A stretch of 64,000 nt of DNA from a virus (Duplodnaviria > Caudoviricetes), in the IMG/VR virus record IMGVR_UViG_3300005670_000014, positions 24,786 to 88,785 of that record; one strand, written 5' to 3'. Shown here one piece after another: positions 42,319 to 54,300 of the stretch (positions are counted from its first letter, which is position 1; every line of letters starts with the position of its first letter). Both the position numbers and the translations under genes were made by a program. Below the pieces are notes generated by a model. The model saw only the letters and a program-made list of their open reading frames with translations, had not been told where the DNA came from and ran no database searches.

Positions 42319-45300
42319 ATGGCTGTTCAAAACGAAATTATCAAATTACTGTTGCAGTTTGAAACAGCCTTTACGTCTCAAGATACGTTCAGTAATTTTG
42401 TTAAAAAAACTACTACAGAATTAAACAATCTTGATAGTAAGATAAAAGATAGTTCTGAAGAATTTAATAAACTTTTTAATGTTTTAAAACTTGGAAATTC
42501 GGGTGTTGTTCCTTTAAAGGAATTGTTTAAAGACTTATCGCAAGCTTCTGATGTAAAAGTAATTGTTGAAAATACAAAAATTCTTAAACAATCGATTGAA
42601 TCTCTTCAACAAGTTTTAGATAAAAAACTAAATATAACGAATTTAGAAACTTCGTTAGCTAAAATACAAGAAAAATTTATTCCATCAAAAGGGATTGGTG
42701 CTGAAAAATCTGCTGATTTTGCTGGTAAGTTTTTAAAGACTATTGAAGAACAATTTAAATCTTTTGCCAGTGGTTCAATGGATTTAAATACTTTTTTTGA
42801 TAATTTATTTCCAAAAGATATTACAGCTAAAGGAACTACTGCAAAAATTAAAGCAGAGTTAGCGAATCTCAAAAGTGAAGTTGAAAAAGGTATTACCGAT
42901 TTAACAAATTTAACAACTGAAAAACGAGTTGAAGTTCTTGAATTTATTAGTAAAAAAATTCTTGCTGATTCTACAAAACTTAGTGTAGCGGCTAATGCAG
43001 TAAAAGGTGATGGTAAACAATTAGTAGATGCCATTGTTAATATGGCAACATCACTTCAAGATATTGGATTTTTACCACCAAAAGACTTTTTTCCTAATTT
43101 TACACAAGGTTTAAAAGAACAAAGTGCTGTGCAAAAAGACGTTATTCGTAACGTACTTAAAGACTTAATGGCACAGTTTAATGTTGCTGGTTTTGAACTT
43201 GAGAAAAGTGATATTGCTTTTAAGTTGTTAGAACGTTTAGGATTTAATAAGAGCACACTTGAAGCACAGTTCAAAGAATTAAGTAGTACTGCTCAAAAAG
43301 AATTTGAAAAGTTTAATAGCAGTATACGACAAGCGATTGAATCTCCAAAAACTTTAAATTTAGATACATATGTAAAAGAATTTCAAAGTTTCATGACCAA
43401 TGCATTTAAAAATAATGCATTGGTCAGTTTTGGTGATGAATTCCAAGCACAGTTTAAAAAAGTTTCAACAGAATTAAATGGATTTACTAGAACTGCAACT
43501 CAAAGTTTGGGGGAAGTTAATAACTTTGAACAAGGAATTAAATCTTTAATTAATGCGTTAGATTCTGGAAAAGGTGCAGGTACTCCAGCATCTTTAGCAT
43601 TAAAAGAACTTTTAGAAACTTATTTACAAGTTGAAAAACAATTTCGATTTGATCAAGTATTAAAAACTCAAGAACAAGCGATTAGTGAATTTGATAAAAA
43701 ATTTAAAGAATTAACAAATACTTTAAAAAATAACCAACCTCCAGAATATTCTTTAAAATTAGTTACTAAGGCTAGTGCCGGTGATGAAGCGTTTAAAGAA
43801 CGTGAAGTGGCTTTAGCGACGTATAACACGTTACTGAAACAAACAACAGAAGAATTAGATCGTACTGCTCGTAGTATTGCGCATTTAGAAAATATTCAAA
43901 AATCAACTACTGCAACTGAAGATCAAAAAACATCTTTAAATAATTTAATTGATAGATATAAAACATATCAACAATCGTTAAGTGATGAAGCTAATATTTT
44001 AAGAAAAAATCAAGCAGATTGGGATGCTACTTGGTTAAGAAAAACGCAAGATTTAAGTCTTGCAGAAGAAAGAGTTAAAAACTTTTTTAAAGTTTTAAAT
44101 CAATCTTCTGATGCTGGCACGATTACCGGAACAACCGGTTATCTAAAAGGTCTTTTAGATATTGGTGTTAAATCTACTGAATCTGCTCAAGCTTTAGAAT
44201 CTGCTTTTAAAATCTTTAGTAATTTTGGTGGTGTTACTAAAGAATCTTTACAATACCTTGAGTTATTTGAAAAGGCCATTGGTTCATTATTTAAATCAAT
44301 GGGTCAAGGTGAAGGTAAGGTTACTTTAATTGATCTAAGCGGTTTAAAAGCTCAAGCTGACGGTACAGTTGTTGCAACTGAAACATTACGCAATAAACTC
44401 ATTAAATTAGCAGGTAGTTCTAAAGAAGCACAAGAAAATTTCCAAAATTTAGCATTTGCTAACGATTTTTTAGCAAAGACACAAGGTGCTGCTGACACAG
44501 CTTTCGGAAAACAAATTTCTGCATTATTTACATTAGCTCAAGCCGCTAAATTATATGTCAATAATATTGAAACTTTAATCTTAAAAAATGAACTCTATGA
44601 ACAAAACTTACGAAAGGTTCAAGCGGCTGAATTAGAAGTTAAAGAAAGTTTTAAAAAAGTACAAGATTCTCCTCAAGATCCTTCTGCTGTTAATGCATTG
44701 ACACAAGCGTATCAAAAATATACGAGAGAAATAGCTGCGGCTGAACTCAGACTTAAAGAATTAAAAAATCTTCAAACTGAACTGGCGACACAAAAAAACA
44801 CATTCGGTTTTACCGAAGCTGGTCAACAGTTACCCGGACTAGAAGCTGGAATTAGATCTACTACAGCTTTAATAGAACAATTAAAAAATAAAATTTTAGA
44901 TTTAAGAACTTCTGGTGGCGGTTCTAAAATTTTTGAAGATATTATTAGAGGTGTTGAACAGGGCAATCAACAATTAAAATCTTCATTCGATGCTCTCGAA
45001 AAAGATCTTTCTGGTCGCTTGTTGGCGATTACTGAAAAATTAAACACTAATTTATCAAAAGGTAGTATTGGTAAAGGTTTATTTAAGCAAATTCAAGGTG
45101 AAATTAGTAATTTATCTATTGCATTAAAAACAGTTAATGTTGATGGAGCTTTACAAGCTATCCAAGCACTGGTTGCTAAAATTCAAACGGCTTTAGATCC
45201 TAAAAATGTTCCTGTTAATAAAGAACTCGCTCAAACATATTTAGCTCCCATTAAAGAGTTGTTAAATGGTTTAGAAATTGCTCAAGGTGCTATTGCTAGA

Positions 45301-48300
45301 ATTATTCCTAAATTGGGTGAAGGACAAAAAGGGAAAGCTGAGGAACTTCTAAAAAATGTTCAAACTCAAATTATCGCTACGAATACAGCTTTAAATGATT
45401 TTGGTAAGAATGCGAATACCGCTCAGTTAACTACACGTTTTGAAGAAGCCAAACTGAAAGCTCGTGAACTCAATGCTGAGATTTCTCGACTCGGTAAAGG
45501 TTCATTTGATCAAACAAAGTACAATGATTTTGAACTTCGTTTACAAGGAATAAATAACCAATATAAAGCAATTAGTAAAGAAAATGAATCATTTGGTGCA
45601 GGTCTTAGAATTAGTGAACTGAATAATTTAATTGATACAGCTAGTCGCTCATTAAAAGATTTTGGCAAAACAACAAACTTTGATACTTTAAATAATCAAC
45701 TAATTGCATTAAGAGATAAGTTTCCTACATTAAATGCAGATATTGCTGATTTTGATAAACTGTTTAGAGAAGCTTTTGCAGGAACCAAAACAGCAATCAA
45801 TATTAAACCTTTGATTGATTTAAAAAATGAAGTCCAAGATGTTAAAAATAATTTAAAAAATCCAGCACAAGATACACTTTATACTACGTTATTAAGACAA
45901 CTAGATGCTTTAATTAACAAAACAACGATCTACAACGCTACTGTTAAAGCAGGTGCAAGTAAAGCAGATGTAGGTGTTCAAGCATTTATAGATCCTGCTG
46001 CTGTTAATGCTTCTAAAGCTAGTTTACAAGCTTTAGAAGCAGAATTAAATAATAATAAAATTGCTTTAGATACCTTTTTAAAATCCGGTAATCAAACAAA
46101 AGAAACAGCCACACAAATTGCAGAAGGTTTTAAAGTTACCGATAACAGTGTTAAAAGTTTAACTGCTGAAATTGGTTTATTATCAGGTGTTAGTTCAAAT
46201 CTTTTACATCACATTAATGCTTTAAAAGCGGAGGGTGCTGATGCTTCGGCTTTTGAAGCATTTAGAGCTTCCATTGAAGCAATTATTAAAACCAAAAAAG
46301 ATTTAGATACGCAATTTAAAGGTGGAAGTCTTACTGGAAAATTAAAAGAAGATTTAGATCGTTTAGTAGATGTTAAAGATGCGTTATCACAATTTAAAAC
46401 GGTAGGTGATAGTTTTAAGAGTGCTGCATTTTTTGAATCAACTTCATACAGTGCTCGTCAAGCGTTAGAGGAGATACAACGCTTAACATCTGCTATGCGA
46501 ACTGTTTCTAGCGATATTGGTAAAAGTTTATCGGTTAGTCGTACTGGACCCATTAATCCAGAAATTGAAAAAGAATTAAGAGCGCAACAAAAATTAGCAG
46601 ATGAAGCGATTATTAAATTGCGAGAAATGGGAGCCGTTTACTCCCAATTAAATTCCAAACCTAAGAATGAATCATTTCAACAATTAAAAGAAACGATAGA
46701 ACAAGCTTTCGGTGGTGGTGTTACTGGTTTACGGGCTTTTAGAACTGAATTTGATACATTAATCAGAGGTGTGAGTACATCTTCAGCATCTTTAATTAGT
46801 GGTGTTGCACCACTAACGGAAACTTTAATTAATAGTTTTAAACAACAATCTGAAAGTATTATAGCGACACGTACACAATATGAAGCATGGTTAAATTTAT
46901 TAAGAAGTGAAAAAGCAGCAGGTCAAAAAACATTTACATTACCTGATGGATCAACAAGATCTATTGATCGATTGATTACTGTTTTTCAGAATTTATTGGA
47001 TAAAGCTAATGCCGTTAAAGCTCCCATTGAAGCTGCGGCAACAACTTTAAAAGGTAAGTTAGACACGGCTGCAGGACAAGCTGAAGTTCGTATTGACAAA
47101 CTCGTTAATAAATTCACCCAGTTACAAGATCGAATTAATACATTAAATCCGGGAAGTTCGATCAATGAAATGTATGGCAGCATTAAAGAATTAATGATGC
47201 TGTTAGATCGTCCATATAAAACAGGTCCATTTTTTACTTTACCGAAAGAATCTTTTGCTCCAATTCGGAATGAACTTCAAAGTGTTTTAGAAGTTGCTAA
47301 AAATGTGCAAGCAGGTTTAGAATTTAATTTAACATCATTAACTAAAGGTTCGTTAGCGTACAAAGACACTCAAACCGCAATTAAAGCAGTTAGAGAGGAA
47401 GTTGAACGCTTAACAGCAGCATCACAAAAACTCTCTGAATTTGAAAAAAACGCATCTCACTTTTCTTCCTTACGTGGAAATCTTCATGGTGCATCAACCA
47501 CTTTATCAGAATTAGCGCATGAAGGGGCTTTTATTTATAAAGGTCTGAACGCATTATTTCAAAATATTGCTAAAAATATTGCTCCTAAATTAGATTTTGA
47601 TACCAGTGTTGTTACTGCAAAAATAAAAGAACTCAATGATCAATTTCGTGTAACAGGTACGGCGGCTGATATTCTTGAAAAGAAAATAAAAGAAGCATTA
47701 AATGCACAGATAGGAGGGGGTGGTTTAGCCGCAGCAAGAGAATATGAAAGAGCTTTTCAACAGTTAGAAGAAGCTTTTGTAAAATTCCGTTCGGGGTTAA
47801 CCCAAGCGGCAATGGGCTTCCAGATGTTAGGCGACAGTTTACTGGAACCATTCAAAAAAGCTAAAGAGGGATTTGAACAATTTTCCGATACCATGGGCGT
47901 TGTCAATGCGGTTTCAAACGCCACACAAGCCCAATTTAAAGCGTTAAAGGATCAAGCGCTGCTGATGGGAGCCACAACCCGCTTCACGGCTGAACAGGCC
48001 GCTGAGGGGCTTAAACAACTGGCTAAAGCAGGCTATACAGCAGAGGAACAAATTGCGTCATTACCCACAGTCATGCGTTTAGCACAAGCAGCAGCAACAG
48101 ATTTAGCAACTGCTGCTACTATAGCTACAGTAGTCATGAAAGAGTTTCGGATGGACCCGGATCAATTTAATGAAGCCGCAGATAAGATTACTTTGGCTGC
48201 GAATCGGACATTAGGAACTGTTGAAGATTTAGGTTATTCATTTAAGTATGTGGGTGCTCTTGCAGCGAACATTGGTGCAGATTTTGGTGATTTAACTGCG

Positions 48301-51300
48301 GCGATTGGTTTATTGCATAATGCAGGTTTGAAAGGAACTTTGGCCGGAACAGCTCTTCGTGGCATGTTAATGGCATTGTATAACCCCACTCGTGATGAAA
48401 CAAAACTCATTGCAGAGTTAGGTGAACGAATTGGTGGTTTGGGATTACAAATTCAAGATGCTTCGGGTAATTTTGTTGGTTATGGAAAAATTGTTAAGCA
48501 GTTAGAACAAGCGGGTATTACTACGGGTGAAGTTTTACGATTTTTTGGTCAACGTGCCGGGCCGGGTATGGCCGCATTATTGGCACAAGGTAGTGATGCA
48601 TTAAAGAATTTAGAAGATGATTTAAAAAATGCAGAAGGCACTACGGCTCACATGGCGGAGATCATGGAGCAGACGTTAAAAGGTCGATTATTGTTAATGC
48701 GGTCGGCTTTTGAAGCGTTATCAGATAGCATTGGTTATAATTTAGCGCCTACCTTATCATCAGCCGCGAATGTGATGGCTGATTTTGTGAGTCGTTTTGT
48801 AGCAATTCGTCAAGAATTTCCTGCATTAGCAACCGCAGTAGATCATGTATTAGCCGGTTTTGCATTACTTGCTAGTACTTTAGGTGGTTTAGCCGTTACT
48901 TTTGCATTTATCATTGTTCCCGTTCGTCAATTTATGGGGTTTTTAAAGACTTTACTAGTAACCACTTGGGCGGGTTCCGCAGCTATAGGATCTTTAAGTG
49001 CTGCAATGGCATTTAATGCAGCCGTTGTTACACGAACAAGTCTTGCTTTTGAAAGAGCAATGGTAGCAGAGTTAGCAAAAGTTGGAGCTACTGCTGCTGA
49101 TGCGACTGCTACACAAATTCATACTGCAATTACAGCGATTAATACAAAAGCTCTTTATGAACAAGCTGTTGCATATGAAACCGCTACTGCTGGTGCTCTT
49201 CATCATGCTACTGCACAAACAGGTCTTTGGGCTGGTATTAAAAATGCACTATCCATTGTGGGTGGTTTGTTGCGTGGTTTATTGGGATGGTGGGGTTTAG
49301 CATTGGGGGCTGTTGCTGCTTTAGTCACCTTTACTTTACTCCATAGTAAGTCGGTAGCCCAAACTAACATTGAGTTAGAAAAACAGAATCAACTTATTGA
49401 ATATAGCCGTAAAAGTACAGTTAATTTAAATAAAGAATTAATTAATACATCGGCACAGTTAAAACGGAATCAACAAGCGTTAGCTGATCTCAATAGTAAA
49501 GATAATCCGAAACGTGATTTAGTAGCACCTGAAAATCAAACAACTGCAAAAACGCAGTTGCAGTTAGATATTGATCAAAATAAGAAAGATTTACAAAGTC
49601 AGTTAAAACAACTCATCACTCAAATTACCGAATCTGGGTTTTTAAAAGATAAACTGGTATTGGATGTTGGTTTTGACAAAGATGGTAATTTTGATAAATT
49701 TAAAGTAAAAGTAGTAGAAAGTAATGAAGTGATTAATGTTTTAGAAAATGGTTTAACAGGTATTGCAACTACTGGAAACCGTGTCACCTCAGTTATCAAT
49801 GCATTAAGCAACGCTCAACAACAATATAACAAGCAGTTAGAACTTACTAACATCTTAAAAGAAAAGTTCAATACTTCTGAAACAGGGAGTTGGGAATCCA
49901 TCTTTGAAACACTTACGGATACATTTGAAAGTAACAGTGAAAAGATAAATAATTTATCTTCGAGATTAGTAGCATTAAATGTTATCTTAGAGAAGATAAA
50001 AACAGGAAAACCAATTCTTGAAAAAGACATTATTGATGCAAATTTAGATTTTGATATTGGATTTAAATTCGCTAAAAAATTTCAAAGTGAAGAAGAAACA
50101 CGAAGAGTTGTTCAAGAAAGATTTAATTCATTAACGAATGAAATTAGTAAATTATCTTTAGATCAACAAGTAACCATTGATACCGTTGTTAAAGCTTTTG
50201 TAGATAGAGCTGAAACTATTTTAGGACGTTCACAAACAGAAATTGCAACTGCGGTTAATCGAAATGATCTATTAAAGTTTTTTGTAGAAACTCAAAAAGG
50301 TCAAGCAAACTTATTACCTCAAACTGCTGAAGAACTTTTAAGAGCTTTAGATAATTATTATGAAACTTTGAAAAAAGGTTTGTCAGCTAAACAAATTGTG
50401 GGTTCAAACCTTAAAACACCTGTCATTGGTTTAGTCAATGCGACTAAAGATTTAGTTACTTATTTGGAAGCTACAAATAAAGAATTAAAAACAAAAATTG
50501 ATGAACAAAAGAAAATCTTTGATGAAGCTAAAGTAGTCGTAGATGCGGTTAAAGCATATCAAACGGCTATTGCCACAGCAGCTAAAGATACACTTGATGT
50601 AAGAAATCAAGAAATTGAATTTGAAGCTAACGTTAAAATAGAAAATTTAAATCAAAGTTTTGAAGATCAATTACGTAAACTGGAAAATGAAAATCGAGTT
50701 ATTGAATTACCATTCAAAGTTCAACTATTAACGGATGAAGCAGCACAAACTGGATTTAAAACACTCAGTAATTTATCTGCTTTGTTGTTAGATTACGAAC
50801 GTAAGAATACAACTGAATTTACTAAATTACAGATTGCAAATAGTCAATCTCAAGTTGATATTAAACTTAAAGAATTAGACGATAAACAAACGGCAACTGA
50901 TCAATACTATCAAACACTTAAAGGCCATTATTCGGTTGATAGTGCGGATTATTTAAAAGCACAACAAGATCAAGCTAGTGCAAATAAAGAAAATTTAGAT
51001 AATAAATTGCAAGCTGTCCAAGATCATTTAAAAAATCTATTAAAATTATATGAAGATAATGCTAATGCCATTATTGATCTTGAAAAACAAAAAATTAAAT
51101 TTGAATCACAAATCCAAGCAACAAGAGTTAAAGTAGGTAATGCTCAATTACTACCTTCTGAACAATTCGCTAAAGCGAAAGCAGATTTAGAAGATCTTGA
51201 TTCAGCTCTAAAGGCTGCAATTGAGACAAAAAACTGGGATGGTGCGATTGCGTATTTAACTGAACGTCAACGGATGGTTGATAATATTGCTTCAACTATT

Positions 51301-54300
51301 AGTTTAGAACCTGAATCACCAAAACAATCTGAAAAATTACAATTTAAGTTAGATGTTATAAGTATTGAAACTGAATTTAGAAAAGCTCAAATTACTATAG
51401 AAGATGCTGCTTTAGGTTTAGGTAGAAAAATATCTGAAATTCCTATCTTCAAACGTAATCTTGTTTTACAAAGTGGTTTGGTTCCTCAATTAGAAGATGG
51501 GAATGTTAACATTCGTAAAGCACTACAAACCGCAGCCGCAATTTTCGAACAAGAAAGTAAGGTGCTACAACAAAGAGCTGATGCTAATTTTAAAGGTGTT
51601 ATTGGAGGCTTTAATATTTTAAAGACTGCATCTTCAGATGTTCTAAAATTGTTTGATAAAACTGCAACTGAAGATTTACGGTTTGATTCTATGCAACGGA
51701 GTGTTGAAGCTTTTGGCGATATGATGGAAGATGCGTTAAATGTTCGTCCAGTTACTGATCTTATTAAAAATGTTGATGATCTACAAGCAAGTATCAAGCA
51801 AACTTCACAAGCACAAGATGGTTTGCGTGAAATAATGACAGGAAAAGTCAATATTCCATTACTGAGTAATATTAGTGAAACTGGCGAAACTGGGATAATA
51901 ACTCTTCGTAATATTAAAGGTGAATTACTTGCATTAAGTCTTCAAGCTTCTGGTAAAATTAAACCTTTAGAAGGTTTAACAACAGACATTCAAAAAGCTA
52001 AAGAAGAACTCACTGGATTTAAAGCATTAGTTGATACTCAAATTGATGAATTGACTCGTGGAAATGAAGTTGTAGAGTTACCTATTAGTTTTAAAACATC
52101 GGTTGATGCATTTAATACAACATCACTCGCAAAATACAGTGCTGAAGTTTTGACTTATGAAAAAAATCTAAATAAACAATTATTAGATTTACAACAAGGA
52201 CGTATTGAAGCCGATCTTGCAATGTCTGAAGAAGCTTATGCTACAAAGCGAGTTGAAACAGATAATTTTATTACTGTCATTAAATCTGCGTATCAAAAAC
52301 AATTGGGAAGTCAACAAGCTTGGTCAAAACAAGATTTAACAGAATATAAATCTATCTTACAAGATAAATATACGGATTATCAACAATTTTTACAAGATGA
52401 ATTAAGCGCGACAGAAACAGCATACCAATCTTTATACCAACTTCGTGAAAATTTATTAAATAAAAATGTTAGTTTAGAAAAACAATTTATTAACTTCGTA
52501 GCTAATTCAACAAAGAATTTTCAAGCGATTGATAATGTTGGTCGCTCAGATAGTGAAAAAGCATATTTAGCCCGTCAACAAAGTCTTAATTTACAAGCAG
52601 ATGCTGAAGCGGCTATTGCTCAAAAAGACTATGATCGGGCCAAAGCGTTGTTAGAACAACGTCAACAACTCATTGATGCAGCAGTTGGCAGTTTAAAACC
52701 AGAAGATACTATCAGTAAGTTCTTTTTAAAACAAGATCAAACCGAAGCAGTGGATGCGTATAAGCAAGTTATTGATGGATTAAAACAACAAAATACAACA
52801 GCGGCTCAAGAAATTGAAAGTCGTTTAAATACCGTTACTGATAAAATTACAGCATTACGTGATAGAATTAAAGATGCCAATATTATTTTACAAAATTTTG
52901 TAAAAGATTTACTTAAACTGCCCAGTAAGAAATTTCAAGTAGATGTAGATTTCGTAGTTGAACAAACAAATAAAACTGAAGATTTTTCTAATCAGATATT
53001 TCCAGGAGGTATTCAACAACGTAAAGAACAACAAGATGTTTTAAATGGAGCAATTCAAACGACTCGTAATCAACAAGAAGCATTGACTAAAACCTATAAA
53101 GAACAAGGTGGATTACTTCATGATTTAATTGCTACAATTAAAGAAAAACAACTTGTTAAAATTGGCATTGATCCTGAATCTTACGAAGAAGTTTTGGCTT
53201 ATGCTAAGTTTTATTTAGATTCGATGGATGTCATTAGTAAAGATAAATTAAACAATCAAGTAGCCAGAGTTAAACTTGCAGATCTTGAAAAACAGTTTGC
53301 AGAATTACAAAAATCAAAGCAAGCGGCTGAAGAATTAGAAAAGATTTTAACAACTGTTGCCGAACTTAGAACTAAACAAAAAGAATTAGGTGGTTTAAGT
53401 GGTTTAAGTAATACCTTTGATACAGCTATTACCAGTGCTAAAGCATTAAGTGACATTCTTACAAATACGAAAGGTCCGTTAGATGAGACTAAGCAAGCGG
53501 AAGTTAAAAAGCTGTTAGAAGAATTAAGAACTTCTAGTATTGGTTTTAAAGAAGCTCTTAAAGATGTACAAATTCCAGATGACCTTAAAGATGAAATTAA
53601 AGGTTTAATGGCAAGTTTTGTAATTAGTGATAAAGATATTATTGATCCAGAAAAATTAAATGTTTTTGGTCAACTGGCTGCAACTAATTTAGCGAAATTG
53701 GAGAAATATAAGCGAGATAATGATAAAGAAATTCAAGAAATTGCACAAAAAACAGCAACAGATACTGCTGGTGTTTTATTATCCAGTATTTTAGCAATTC
53801 GGGAAATTATTAAAACCAATATTTTAAATGTAGAAGTTAAAGATATAGATATTAAAACTGTTGAAAAACAGGTTAAAGATCAAGTTAAACTTTTAAATGA
53901 TGTTGTCAATAATATTGAAACAGGTGGTAATGTTGAACAAATCAAAGAAATCGGACCTCTAAAAGATTTATTAAAAGAAATTGATCTTATCTTAAAGAGT
54001 TCACAAACAACTGAAGAAAAGATTAATAATTTAAAAACGGCAAATGTCAAGCTGGAAGCTGCGGCAGTTGCATATAAAAAGCAACAAGAAGAGGCTGCAA
54101 AACAACAGCAAGCTAATGCGGAAACACAAGTTCAACAATCTAAAGTATTAGTTGCCAATCAACAAGCTCAAAGTAAGGCTGCTCAAGATACGGTACAATC
54201 ACAAGAATCCATAGCACAAGCCGCGAATGACACGGCTGATGCATGGGCAAAAGCAACACCAAACGAACAATCTCAAGTATTAACTAATATTCAAGATATT